Virus record (IMG/VR): IMGVR_UViG_3300048998_000331
Span: 1-36,491 of that record
Length of the DNA stretch: 36,491 nt
Source: a virus
Lineage: Duplodnaviria > Caudoviricetes
Reading direction: 5' to 3' (one strand)
Part shown: one piece after another, positions 1 to 9,505 of the stretch
Layout of the letters: each line of letters opens with the position of its first letter
How positions within the stretch are numbered: the stretch's first letter is position 1
Translations under genes and position numbers: made by a program
Notes under the pieces: model-generated
What the model was told of the DNA's origin: nothing
Database searches by the model: none
The model's input: only the letters and a program-made list of their open reading frames with translations

Positions 1-261
1 TCAGTGTTGGAGTAGGGCGACGGCCGCGGTGATCGCGCCGCCCACGCCGGTGAGGACACCGATCGTGGGAAGTGGCCACCGGGCCCGTTCCAGGGACCGG
101 AGGCGCGCCTCGTGGTCGGCGACATCGGTACGGACCTCGGTATAGCCGTCGCGCAGCCCGTCGAGCTTGGTTTCCACCCGGGATACGGCGTCGTGCAGCG
201 ACCTCATCTCTTGATACATCTGCGACGAGCTGATGTAGACCCCGGGATCCTGCGGGGTCAC
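1..261 (-). CDS. Lysis-cassette membrane protein (coiled coil plus C-terminal TM helix)
   Basis: Heptad region LHDAVSRVETKLDGL...HEARLRSLE followed by hydrophobic PLPTIGVLTGVGGAITAAVALL; ATGA overlap with the holin stop. Confidence 0.7.
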   Translation of the reverse strand: MTPQDPGVYISSSQMYQEMRSLHDAVSRVETKLDGLRDGYTEVRTDVADHEARLRSLERARWPLPTIGVLTGVGGAITAAVALLQH

Positions 262-506
262 GCCCCGCTCTTGGTGTACGCCGGGGGCTTGGCCAGGCCG
301 AGGAACCAGCCCCAGCCCTTGCCGAGGTGCTGCTCGGCCAGGCGGAACAGCGCGTAGTACACGCCCGTGAAGGCGGTGCTCAGCCAGGCGGTGGCCGCGG
401 CGGAGTCAACGTTCAGGCCGGCGTGCGCCAGCCACGCGGCGAGGGTGCCGACGATCAGCGGCACCACGGTGCGCCACAGCGACGCGAGGTAGTCGTACAG
501 AGGCAT
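258..506 (-). CDS. Putative holin
   Basis: 82 aa with two TM segments (RTVVPLIVGTLAAWLA; AATAWLSTAFTGVYYALF) and WFLG...PAY tail typical of actinophage holins; downstream of endolysin. Confidence 0.75.
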   Translation of the reverse strand: MPLYDYLASLWRTVVPLIVGTLAAWLAHAGLNVDSAAATAWLSTAFTGVYYALFRLAEQHLGKGWGWFLGLAKPPAYTKSGA

Positions 507-530
507 GGCGGATCCGTTCTGCTGGGTGGG

Positions 531-1112
531 TCAGGCGTTGACGTGCTGGGCGAGCCAGCGGCGGACGGTCTGGTTGTGGCGGGCGTCGGACAGGGCGTTG
601 TGCTCTGTGCCCACCTGTTCGGGCAGGTCGTCCCAGGCGAGGCCGAGCCGGTCGCGCTCCTGCTGGATGTCGTGGGTGAACATCGGCACCCCCGCGGGCA
701 GCCGGACCATCGGGCCCCAGAGCTGAGCCAGCCCGACGTGGTCGTAGGCGCCGTAGTTCGCCCACAGCGCGGGCTCCGCGGTGGCCTGGATGAAGTCGCG
801 GACCTCGTTGCCGATCACGAAGCGGGGCTTGACCCTGCTGTCCGTGAGGTCGGGCCCGACCAGGTTGATGGGAGGCCGGGGATGGTGCGCTGCCGGGTTC
901 GCCAGGTAGGCGTCCAGGCTCCTCCTGCCGGTGACGGGCAGGTGGGGCACCACGTTGCGGACCAGCCAGTCGTTCTCCTTGATGCGGTCCCAGGGCGCTT
1001 CGCTGTTCACGGCGTAGTACTCGCGCCCGTCGTCACAGACCATGCCGATCGAGATCAGCACGATCGTGCGGCCGTCCTCCAGGAACTCCAGGTCGTAATC
1101 GATCGCGGTCAC
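531..1112 (-). CDS. DEDDh 3'-5' exoribonuclease (Rv2179c/RNase AS-like)
   Basis: GTG start overlapping the endolysin stop; motifs IDYDLEF, LISIGMV, YGAYDHV, EHNALSDA. True start is downstream of the ORF-track start at 1520. Confidence 0.85.
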   Translation of the reverse strand: MTAIDYDLEFLEDGRTIVLISIGMVCDDGREYYAVNSEAPWDRIKENDWLVRNVVPHLPVTGRRSLDAYLANPAAHHPRPPINLVGPDLTDSRVKPRFVIGNEVRDFIQATAEPALWANYGAYDHVGLAQLWGPMVRLPAGVPMFTHDIQQERDRLGLAWDDLPEQVGTEHNALSDARHNQTVRRWLAQHVNA

Positions 1113-2056
1113 GAAGCTTCCGCCCCGCCGGTGACGTCCACCTGGACGTGGACGACGGCGGTGGCGATGGCCTCCTCGACGGCGTTCACCACGGTCGCGG
1201 TGTCCACCTCGGAGCCGACGAGTCCGGCGAGGGTCTTGACGGTCGCGGACAGTGCGGTGACCTGGGTCAGGAGCGTTGTGGTATTCCCCGCGGCCTTGTT
1301 GGCCTGCCCGTAGGCGGCCCACAGGGCGCCCCGCACGGTCACGGTCTCCGTGCCGGGCTTCGTCGGGTCGTCCATGCGGGTGTCGAGCAGCGTCTTGGCG
1401 TCGGCAGCGGTCAGGGGCATGTCGTCCTCCGGGGTGCCTGCGGCCCATGCGCGCAGCGCGGCCGGGCTCATGTAGATGACGGTCTGGTCGCGCGGGACGG
1501 AGGCGAACTGCCAGCCCCACACGGTGTGGCCGCTGGGGTCCGGCCGGGTGGCGGCCGCGGCCTGGGCGAACGTGCGGCCCTGCACCGGGTACGCCGGGTA
1601 CCAGATCCCGTCCTGATTGCCGGGCAGTATCCCGGCCGCGATGGACTCCCCGGACAGGTAGACCAGCACGCGCTGCTGTGGGAAGGCCTTCTTCACCGCG
1701 GCGATCCAGGCGTTGGCGTAGGTCCGCTTCCTCGCGGTGGTGCCGGTCCAGTTCTCCCCGGAGGGGTTCCGCTCCAGGTCCAGGAAGTGGAGGAACGGTC
1801 CGGCGTTGAAGGGGAGGACGGCCTCTACGTAGTTCGCCGCCTCCTCAAACGGGTCCTGGCTGGGCCACGCGAAGTGGTACGCCCCCGGGATCAGGCCGGC
1901 CGCCTTGATATCGGCGATGTGCCGGGCGAACCAGGCGTCGCGGGTGTGCTGGCCTTCGGTGGCCTTCGCGATCCCGACGTGGGCGCCGAAGGATCCCCAC
2001 GGCTGGTGGGCGGGCTGGTTGCCGGAGACGTCCACTGCGTAGCTGACAGATGGCAT
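1109..2056 (-). CDS. Endolysin, GH25 muramidase
   Basis: VDVSGNQ, KATEG, GAYHFA, LDLE and WQF motifs of GH25 lysozymes; ATG at 2056 after AGGAAGG. Confidence 0.9.
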   Translation of the reverse strand: MPSVSYAVDVSGNQPAHQPWGSFGAHVGIAKATEGQHTRDAWFARHIADIKAAGLIPGAYHFAWPSQDPFEEAANYVEAVLPFNAGPFLHFLDLERNPSGENWTGTTARKRTYANAWIAAVKKAFPQQRVLVYLSGESIAAGILPGNQDGIWYPAYPVQGRTFAQAAAATRPDPSGHTVWGWQFASVPRDQTVIYMSPAALRAWAAGTPEDDMPLTAADAKTLLDTRMDDPTKPGTETVTVRGALWAAYGQANKAAGNTTTLLTQVTALSATVKTLAGLVGSEVDTATVVNAVEEAIATAVVHVQVDVTGGAEAS

Positions 2057-2077
2057 ACGCGCCTTCCTGGGCATGCG

Positions 2078-2104
2078 AAAGCCCCGGCCGGTTCGGCTCG
2101 GGGC
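2078..2104 (-). terminator. Putative intrinsic terminator between tail and lysis genes
   Basis: Minus strand GCCCCGAGCCG-AAC-CGGCCGGGGC hairpin followed by TTT. Confidence 0.55.
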
Positions 2105-2120
2105 GGGGTGGTGGGTGGGG

Positions 2121-2618
2121 TCAGGTGGTTTCGTAGGTGCCGTCGATCCGGATGGTGTTGCCGGAGGCCCATGCTGAGCCGAACAGGCCGCCGGAGCCCA
2201 GCTGGGCGGTCGGCGGGGTTGTCGACGAGGGTGCGAAGGGTGCGACGGTGGTGCCGCTGGCGGCGATGACGCATGAGGTGTCGGCCCGGCCGCCGGCTGA
2301 CAGGGCCTGCCCGGTCAGGATGCGGGCGACACTGGAGGCGGCGGTGAACGGCAGGCTGAAGGCATACGAGCCGGAGCCGGCGGTGGTGGTTGATCCGAAG
2401 GTCAGCTCGATGGCGAGGTGGCAGGTCTTGCCGATCAGTTTGTACCGGCCGGTCAGGGTGCCGTTGCCCAGGGTCGGGTTGGTGGTGGCGCCGGTCCAGG
2501 CCGGGCTGTATGACGTCCAGGCGGCGAACAGGTCGTTGAACTGGTCGCGGATCTCGGTGTTGAGTTCCGCCGCGGTGACGACCTCGCCGACGACCCAGGT
2601 GCGGGGGGTGGTGCTCAC
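2121..2618 (-). CDS. Minor tail / receptor-binding protein
   Basis: N-terminal PRTWVVGEVVTAAELNTEIRDQ anchor and beta-rich C-terminus (WTSYSPAWT...GNGTLTGRY...YAFSLP) typical of actinophage fibres; last tail gene. Confidence 0.75.
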   Translation of the reverse strand: MSTTPRTWVVGEVVTAAELNTEIRDQFNDLFAAWTSYSPAWTGATTNPTLGNGTLTGRYKLIGKTCHLAIELTFGSTTTAGSGSYAFSLPFTAASSVARILTGQALSAGGRADTSCVIAASGTTVAPFAPSSTTPPTAQLGSGGLFGSAWASGNTIRIDGTYETT

Positions 2619-3058
2619 GCGTCAGGCTCCTTTGCGCCGGGCAGCGGTACCGGATCGGCCGCCTGTCCCCAGGGGTCGGGGTCGTCGGGGTTCCACCAGT
2701 TGCGCTGCGAGGGCACCTGGTCGGCGACGGCCGCCTCGGCAGCGGCGGTGTCGGCGGGGAACAGCACGGTCAGCCAGCCCGCGCCGCATTCGGGGCAGCA
2801 CATCCGCGGATCTGTCGGCGAGACGACTTGCGCTGATCCGCAACTGCAGTCGGCTACCCACCGGTTGTGGTTGATCCGGGCGTACTGGGCCTGCCCGAGC
2901 AGCAGGCCGGCGGGCACGGCCAGGCGGCGGTGCTGGCGGATCTCGTACCAGCGCAGTACCCGCTCGGCGACGGGCACCAGGTCCCAGACGTCCGGTGGCA
3001 GGCTGGGCGCCGGCAGGTAGAACGTCTCGGCCCGCTGCACCGGGATGGGGATGGCCAT
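2615..3058 (-). CDS. Cys-rich tail-region hypothetical protein
   Basis: ATG at 3058 after GGAGG; CSCG and CCPEC motifs; stop overlaps the next GTG. Confidence 0.65.
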   Translation of the reverse strand: MAIPIPVQRAETFYLPAPSLPPDVWDLVPVAERVLRWYEIRQHRRLAVPAGLLLGQAQYARINHNRWVADCSCGSAQVVSPTDPRMCCPECGAGWLTVLFPADTAAAEAAVADQVPSQRNWWNPDDPDPWGQAADPVPLPGAKEPDA

Positions 3059-3068
3059 GCGGGGCCTC

Positions 3069-5438
3069 CTAGTAGGCGAGCCGGGTCGTGGAGCCCAGCA
3101 CGCTGTATGTGGCGTCGTCCAGGACCCACACCGTGTCGGTGCCGGCCCGGGAGGTGTGGAAGCTGAGGGTGTGGTGCTTTTCGGTGATGGTCTCGGTGTA
3201 GCCCTCGACGAACACCGTGGTGCTGGCGGCCGGGGCCTGTGACGGCAGGGTGGTGACGGCCAGCACGGTGGAGATGTCGGCTTCCAGTAGCGCGGCATAC
3301 GTCGCGGTCGGCATCGAGTACGCGCCGACTTCCAGCTGCCGCAGTTCCGGCGGGGGGTCGGCGTACCGGGACACCATCCACGTCGCGGCGTCGATGACCT
3401 CGGCGTCGGTCGTCTTCAGCAGTGTCGTGCCCGACGAGGGCTCATACGGGCCGTAGGCGGCGATGGACGCGGCGTCGGTGACGACCTGGACGGCGCCGCC
3501 GGGCCGGCTGGCGGTGACGGTGTTGATGAGTTTCTGGTCGTCGTCGGCCCACTGCGCGTTGTCGGTCTCGGTGTCGGACCAGGTCAGGGTCAGTGCGGGC
3601 ACGGGGTTGTAGCGGACGGTGCGGGACTGGAAGACGATGCTGGCTCCGTCGAGCGCGCCGCGGTCGCAGAACACCTTGCCCGACTCGGTGCCCTCCACAT
3701 CCCGCATGTGGGTCATGACGTTCTGCCCCAGCTCGCCTTGTGCGGCGACCGCGGAGAAGCTGCCGGCGGTGATGAGGCTGTAGATCCCGCAGTAGGAGAT
3801 GAGGCGGCCCATGCGGCTGTCGGCGCTCTCGCCGGCGAACGCGGTGGTACCCGCGGTGTAGTGCGCGGTGAAAGAGGTCTGCGCGATGCCGGGGCTGCCG
3901 TTGTGGAGGTAGACCGCGACGTGGCTGATCGAGCCGTCCCACAGCCTCGCGCTGTTGTAGGCGCCGACGGTCAGGCGGCGTAGCCGGTCGCGCTGGGGGC
4001 TGATGACGACGCTGCGGACGGTGCCGTCGACCATCGTGTACTGGTCGGTGCCCAGCAGGCCCTGCCGGTCGTCGTAGACCAGGTGGTGCACGGAGCCGTT
4101 GGCGAGGTTGCCGGTGGCGACCGTGGTGGTGGTCACCGATCCGGCGTCGCGGGTCTCGATGACCAGCGCCCCCGACGTGGCGTCGAGCAGGAACACGATC
4201 GAGTTGTCGAACGCGATCGGGTCGTTGCCCTGCCAGGCCATGATCACGCGGCCTTTGACGGTGGTGGAGAACCAGCACTCGAAGGTGTAGGTGCCCGGGC
4301 GGGTCGCGGCGTCGGTCAGCGGCAGGCCGACGTCCATCGTCAGGCACAGCCCGGCGGTGGACGATGCGGGGGCGAACACCGGTGTGCCCAGCCCGTCGGT
4401 ACCGGGCCCGGTGCCGGTGCCGAAGGTGAGGGTGCCGCCGACACCGACCTGGGTGGCGGCCAGCGCGGGACGCGCCGTGCCGGAGATGTCTCCGCCGGAG
4501 GCGGCTCCCTCGGCCTCCGACAGCGGGTAGTACGCCACCGGCCCGGTCAGCATCGTCTCCTCGACGAGCATGGGCTGCAGCGCCGGGTTCCGGGCCAGCC
4601 ACGCGAACAGGTCCGAGCAGGTGATCTGCACGGTGGCCTGCAAACCCTTCCAGCCGAACGGCAGCGAGGTGACGGAGCCGTAGAACCGGTCGTGGACGGT
4701 CGCGGCCGAGGGGTCGAACGCGGACGCGGCGGCGGCCTCTTCGACCTGGACGTCGTCGATCCACGCGCTGGTGCCCGGCGCCGGGCTGGTGGTGCCGGTG
4801 GTGACCTGCACCAGGTGGCTGCCGGCGGTCGCGGTCCACGACACCGTGATCCGGGTGAACGCACCCGTGGTCGCGGACAGTGCGCCCAGGGTGGTGCCGT
4901 CGATCCGCAGCCGCACCGCGGGGTTGGCTGCGGGCACCCACACATACGCCGACGCGGTGTAGGTCCGGCCGATGGTCAGGCCGCACACCCGGGTGCGGAC
5001 CTGACCGCCGGTACCGGTCGCCGACCACTGGACCAGCATCGACGTGGTCCCCGTATGGGCGTGGGTGGTGTCGGGGTTGTAGTCGGCGACCGCGTCGGAG
5101 AACGGCGCCGACCAGCCGGCGGTGCCGGCCTCGAACGTGGGGTTGGTGACGTAGTTGATCCCGGGCAGGGTGGTCACGCCGACCCAGACCGGCAGGCGCC
5201 GCCGCATGTAGGGGAAGTACGGCGACGCCGCGTTGCCCGGGGTGAAGCGGCCGTCGGTGTCGTCCAGCGTCAGCGTGCAGGTCCCGGTCTGGGTCTGCTG
5301 CACCTCGTCGGACGCGCCGCGGGTGATGGAGATCCCGGCGCTGACGATGTCCACCCACCCGGTGATGTCCGTCCAGGAGTCCTGGTCCACGGTGATGGCG
5401 CTCGCCCCGAACGCGGCCAGGACGGTAACCCTCGTCAT
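3069..5438 (-). CDS. Large minor tail protein (distal tail/hub-like) with carbohydrate-binding and LamG-like domains
   Basis: Directly after tape measure; DITGWV...ITRG...CTLTLDDTDGRFTPGN N-terminus, NPTFE...W...IDDVQVE CBM-like insert, PVAYYPLSE/TFECWF/HHLV LamG-like region. Confidence 0.8.
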   Translation of the reverse strand: MTRVTVLAAFGASAITVDQDSWTDITGWVDIVSAGISITRGASDEVQQTQTGTCTLTLDDTDGRFTPGNAASPYFPYMRRRLPVWVGVTTLPGINYVTNPTFEAGTAGWSAPFSDAVADYNPDTTHAHTGTTSMLVQWSATGTGGQVRTRVCGLTIGRTYTASAYVWVPAANPAVRLRIDGTTLGALSATTGAFTRITVSWTATAGSHLVQVTTGTTSPAPGTSAWIDDVQVEEAAAASAFDPSAATVHDRFYGSVTSLPFGWKGLQATVQITCSDLFAWLARNPALQPMLVEETMLTGPVAYYPLSEAEGAASGGDISGTARPALAATQVGVGGTLTFGTGTGPGTDGLGTPVFAPASSTAGLCLTMDVGLPLTDAATRPGTYTFECWFSTTVKGRVIMAWQGNDPIAFDNSIVFLLDATSGALVIETRDAGSVTTTTVATGNLANGSVHHLVYDDRQGLLGTDQYTMVDGTVRSVVISPQRDRLRRLTVGAYNSARLWDGSISHVAVYLHNGSPGIAQTSFTAHYTAGTTAFAGESADSRMGRLISYCGIYSLITAGSFSAVAAQGELGQNVMTHMRDVEGTESGKVFCDRGALDGASIVFQSRTVRYNPVPALTLTWSDTETDNAQWADDDQKLINTVTASRPGGAVQVVTDAASIAAYGPYEPSSGTTLLKTTDAEVIDAATWMVSRYADPPPELRQLEVGAYSMPTATYAALLEADISTVLAVTTLPSQAPAASTTVFVEGYTETITEKHHTLSFHTSRAGTDTVWVLDDATYSVLGSTTRLAY

Positions 5439-8400
5439 CCGATCTCCAAACTGACGTTGAGGCCACTGGTCCGCTTGAGGGTGAGCAGCATCTTCTGGAT
5501 CTGCTTGGCCGTGGACACGGGATCGATGGCGCCCTGGACGGTGATGTTCACCTGGGCCGGCTGAGCCGAGCGGGCCACACCGAGCCCGGGGGCCTGCGCC
5601 GGCGTGGCGAAGGCGAGGTCGGTGCCCGACACGGTCGCGGCGACCCGGGCCATGGCGGCCCGCAGCATCGGCAGCCGGGCCAGAGCGCCGACCGCGATGC
5701 CCTCCGTGGCGTGCCCGCCGTCCTTGGCCAGGACGGTGGACGGGCTCTTGATCCCCAGGGCTTTTCTGATCGCCGACTGCATGCCCTTGGCGATCGTCAG
5801 CATCTGGTTCTCGATGGCTTTCTGCTGCGACTGCAGCCCGGTCAGGAACCCCCGCCCCGCGTTCTTCCCCGAGTCGTACAGCGCGTCCGCGCTGACGTTG
5901 CCGAGCGCGGTGGAGCTCTTCACCAGCTGGCCCGCGGTGGAGTTGATCGCGGCCAGCTGCTTCTTGCTCGCACCGTCCAGCGCCGAGGCGTACTCGAAGC
6001 CGGAGTCCGGGCCCATCTGGATGACCTGCTGCAGCAGGCCCTTGTTCAGGCCCTTCTTCGCCAGGTCGGTGATCAAACCGGTGAAGTGCTTGATGTTGGC
6101 GAGCTTGCCCTGCAGACCGGCCAGGATCGAGCTGGAGGTTGTCCCATCGAGATTGGACAGCGACGCGGTGCTCAGCGCGGCCGATCTGGTGTCGGAAGCG
6201 AACTTCTTCGCCGCGGCGATCCGCGCGGTGATGGTGTCGCGCTGTGCGGCCAGCGTCTGCAGCTTCTTGTTGTCCTTCTCGACCAGGTGTGACAGGGCGT
6301 TCAGGCCGCTGACCTTGTGCGAGTTGGTCTTGTTGGTGCTGATCGCCTTGTCGATGAGGGTGGTGACCTGACCGAGCTTCGACTTCAGCGTGGACGTGCT
6401 CGCGTCGATACCGGCGATGAGACCGCCGATGAGCAGCTTGCCCGCCGGGGTCAGCAGCGCCGCGTCCCTCTTGGACGGGCCCTTCCAGTCCGGCAGCATG
6501 TCGGTCAGGGTGCTCAGCGTCGACTTGACCGAGTCGAACTTCGACGTGATACCGCTGATGAAGCCGCTGATCAGCTTCCCGCCAGCATCGGACAGGATTC
6601 CGCTGAGGTCGCCCAGCGCTGTCTTGGCCTTGCCCGGCATCCCCTTGACCGAGGTCACCGCGTCGTTGATGCCTCGGCGTACCGCGGTGAGCAGGTCGGC
6701 CGCTGCGTCGCTGGCCTTACCTGCGATCGCCTTGCCCAGTCCGGCCAGGGCGGTGGCGGCCTTGCCGGGCAGTCCGGCGAACCAGGACACGGTGCCGTTG
6801 ACGATGTCCGGGATGATGCTGTGTCCCAGCAGCACGTCGTAGAGCCAGCGGAACGCGCCCGCGATGGCCTTGGTGACCGCGGTGACCGCGCCGATCACGG
6901 GCTGCATGGCGCTGCCCATGCCGCGGACCGCGCCGGTGATCAGGGAGATCGCCGGAATGACGACCGTGGTGATGACGCCGGTCGCCAATTTGAGTAGCAG
7001 CACGGTCAGTTGCGCCAGCGGTGGCAGCAGCGGCAGCAGCGCGGGCAGCAGCGCGCTGATGAGCTGGGTGCCCATGAGCATGATCTGTGGGATCAGTGGG
7101 GCGATCGCCACCAGGATCTGCCCGATGCTCTTGGCCAGCTGCAGCACGACCGGGATCAGGACTGGGATGACCGGCAGCAGCTGGGTGAACATGGCGAGGA
7201 ACTGGGCCGCGTACTGGGTGACCATCTGGCTGATGATCGTGGTCAGCCCGGTCAGGATCGGTGTCAGGCCCTGCGTGCCGAGCTGGTTCAGCGCGGTGGT
7301 CAGCACCGGGGAGAGCTGTCCGAAGACGGTGCCGAGGGTCTTGGTCACCGTTGCAAGCGGCGGCAGCAGCTGCGCGCCGAGGGTGGCCAGTACCGGGGCC
7401 AGCGCGGCGAACAGCGTCCCGACGATCTTGAGGATGGGGGTCAGGATCGGGCCGAGCGAGGCGATCATCTGGCCGACGACCGGCAGCAGCGGAGACACCG
7501 CGTCGGCCAGCGAGGCGACCGCGCCGGCCGCGGCGAGCAGCACCGGCCCCAACGCGGTGATGATCGGCTCCAGTCCGGCGCCGAGGGAGTCGACCAGCCG
7601 CAGCGCTGCCGGTGCCAGGGCCACCAGCACCGGGGCGATCACCGCGAGGGCTTTGCCGAGCAGCGGGCCGGCGACCTTGCCGATCTCGCTCATGACCGTG
7701 AACAGGTCGGCGAACGCGGCCTGCACACCGGGCATCGCCGAGACCTTGGCGAGGGTGTCGGTGAGGGTCGTGAGGAACCCGAACGCGCCCGCGCCCCCGC
7801 CGGCTTGGGCCAGGACGTTGCTCAGGATCGTGCCGACGTTGCCGATGATGTGGAACAGCGAGCCGAACAGGGTGATCGCACCCTCGATGGCCTGCTGCAT
7901 CCCGCCCGAGTTGAACGCGCCGGAGAGCTTCGCCGACAGCTTGTCGACCGCGGATCCGGCCGAGCCGGTCAGCCGGGCGAAGGACGGCGCGGCGGCGGCG
8001 GCGACCTGGGTCAGGCCGGTGACGATGTGCGCAGGAATCCCCGACAAGTTGCGCAGACCGGCGTTCGCGCCGGTCAGCGCGGCACCGAGGGTGCCGCTGG
8101 TCGCTAGGTTCTTCGCGGCGTTGGCGACCCCCACCGCCATGGCGTTGAGGGACGAGGCGCTGCTGGTCAGCTGGGCCTTCAGCACGGGCAGCGCGGAAGC
8201 GCCGAGGCTGCGGACGGTCGTGCCCAGGCCCTGGAACAGGGCGTTTTGCACGCCGAGTTTCAGGCCGTCGAACTGCGGCTTCATCTCCCGCAGCGTCAGC
8301 ACGAAAGCGCGGGCGTTGGGGGCCAGGCCCTTGAGCGCGGCCTGCAGTTTCGCGGCCTTCGTCGCGGGGTTGAACGCGGCGCTGATCGCTTCACTGACCC

Positions 8401-8890
8401 CGGACATGCCGATCTTGAGGGCGGCGCCCGCCGACACCGCCATGAAGATGCCGGTGGCCGCCAAGCCGGCCGCGGGCAGCAGGTTGGCCAAGGTCGACAG
8501 CAGCGCGGCCACCACCGGGCCGGCCGCTCCCAGTGTGGCGACGAGTGTGCCGACAGGGCCGACGACCTTCATGACCGTGCCGCCCATGGACCCCAGGCCG
8601 CTCAAGCTCGGCAGGAGGCTGTTCAGCCCGGCGCGGGCCTGGCGGGTACCGCGCTCGGTGCCCCCGCCCAGGCCCGCCTCGGCGATCTCGCCCGCGGTCG
8701 CGAACCGGCCATCCAGCGTCCGAAGCCGGCCGCCGGAGTCGCGGACCAAGCTGGCGACCGAGCCACTGGTGGCGGCGTTGGCGGCGGTGACGCGGGCCGC
8801 CATGTCGTCGGCCGAGCGCCCGGCGCTGCGGAGCCGGGCACTGACCAGGTCGCGCCCCAGCAGGGTGAAAGTCAGCGTCCGATCGGCCAC
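5435..8890 (-). CDS. Tape measure protein
   Basis: 1151 aa, Ala/Gly/Leu-rich helical repeats, HSIIPD and GIKSPS motifs; follows the tail chaperones. Confidence 0.92.
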   Translation of the reverse strand: MADRTLTFTLLGRDLVSARLRSAGRSADDMAARVTAANAATSGSVASLVRDSGGRLRTLDGRFATAGEIAEAGLGGGTERGTRQARAGLNSLLPSLSGLGSMGGTVMKVVGPVGTLVATLGAAGPVVAALLSTLANLLPAAGLAATGIFMAVSAGAALKIGMSGVSEAISAAFNPATKAAKLQAALKGLAPNARAFVLTLREMKPQFDGLKLGVQNALFQGLGTTVRSLGASALPVLKAQLTSSASSLNAMAVGVANAAKNLATSGTLGAALTGANAGLRNLSGIPAHIVTGLTQVAAAAAPSFARLTGSAGSAVDKLSAKLSGAFNSGGMQQAIEGAITLFGSLFHIIGNVGTILSNVLAQAGGGAGAFGFLTTLTDTLAKVSAMPGVQAAFADLFTVMSEIGKVAGPLLGKALAVIAPVLVALAPAALRLVDSLGAGLEPIITALGPVLLAAAGAVASLADAVSPLLPVVGQMIASLGPILTPILKIVGTLFAALAPVLATLGAQLLPPLATVTKTLGTVFGQLSPVLTTALNQLGTQGLTPILTGLTTIISQMVTQYAAQFLAMFTQLLPVIPVLIPVVLQLAKSIGQILVAIAPLIPQIMLMGTQLISALLPALLPLLPPLAQLTVLLLKLATGVITTVVIPAISLITGAVRGMGSAMQPVIGAVTAVTKAIAGAFRWLYDVLLGHSIIPDIVNGTVSWFAGLPGKAATALAGLGKAIAGKASDAAADLLTAVRRGINDAVTSVKGMPGKAKTALGDLSGILSDAGGKLISGFISGITSKFDSVKSTLSTLTDMLPDWKGPSKRDAALLTPAGKLLIGGLIAGIDASTSTLKSKLGQVTTLIDKAISTNKTNSHKVSGLNALSHLVEKDNKKLQTLAAQRDTITARIAAAKKFASDTRSAALSTASLSNLDGTTSSSILAGLQGKLANIKHFTGLITDLAKKGLNKGLLQQVIQMGPDSGFEYASALDGASKKQLAAINSTAGQLVKSSTALGNVSADALYDSGKNAGRGFLTGLQSQQKAIENQMLTIAKGMQSAIRKALGIKSPSTVLAKDGGHATEGIAVGALARLPMLRAAMARVAATVSGTDLAFATPAQAPGLGVARSAQPAQVNITVQGAIDPVSTAKQIQKMLLTLKRTSGLNVSLEIG

Positions 8891-8893
8891 GGC

Positions 8894-9061
8894 TCAGCCC
8901 CCCTTGCTCTGCGCGTTGTAGGTGTCGCACCAAGCCACGGCGGCCTCGAAGTCCTCGACGCTCAGCCGGTCCTGGTCCCACGGGGAAATGTGCAGCAGAT
9001 GGCAGATCAGCCAGCGGTACCCACGGGCCCGGTCGGCGAGTCCGCCACGGAGTCTTTTGGG
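8894..9061 (-). CDS. Tail assembly chaperone, frameshifted C-terminal (gpT-like) segment
   Basis: The -1 frame after C CCA AAA reads PKRLRGG...HLLHISPWDQDRLSVEDF...; stop just before the tape measure start. Confidence 0.75.
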   Translation of the reverse strand, partial: PKRLRGGLADRARGYRWLICHLLHISPWDQDRLSVEDFEAAVAWCDTYNAQSKGG

Positions 9062-9483
9062 GCCCCGCCCTCGGCCGGCTCGGCGTCTGTCACCGACGGC
9101 TCGCCAAGCGTGCCCCAGCCAGGCTCGGGCTCGGGGTCGGCGAGCTCGGCCTTGATCTGCTCGCGCTGGGCATCGGTGAGGTCGGGGTTCTTGTCCGCCT
9201 CGGCCCGCAGCAGCGCCCGCTCCTCGGCGTCGAAGTCCACCGCCAGCTCGTCGGCCGCCGGGGTCCACTGCGTCATCCGCAGCGTCGGCTGCTCGCGCTT
9301 CATCAGCACCCAGGCGATCGCCCACAGCGCCTGCGCGCCGCCCTCCATCGCCGCGGCCTTCACCTGCGGCCACCGCTCCCCGCAGGCCCGTTCCACGGCC
9401 GCGGCCTCGGGGATGAGGATCGCGGTGGTCTTCAGGTCCCATCGGCGGGCGTCGCCGTCGGCGGGCGTGTACTCGATGATCAT
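9007..9483 (-). CDS. Tail assembly chaperone (gpG-like)
   Basis: ATG at 9483 (MIIEYTPADG); located before tape measure; slippery site near 3' end. Confidence 0.8.
   Translation of the reverse strand: MIIEYTPADGDARRWDLKTTAILIPEAAAVERACGERWPQVKAAAMEGGAQALWAIAWVLMKREQPTLRMTQWTPAADELAVDFDAEERALLRAEADKNPDLTDAQREQIKAELADPEPEPGWGTLGEPSVTDAEPAEGGAPKDSVADSPTGPVGTAG
9055..9061 (-). promoter_or_regulatory. Programmed -1 ribosomal frameshift site CCCAAAA
   Basis: In-frame X XXY YYZ heptamer C CCA AAA; -1 frame stays open to 8894. Confidence 0.8.
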
Positions 9484-9505
9484 GGCTGTGCTCGCTCTTT
9501 CAGCC

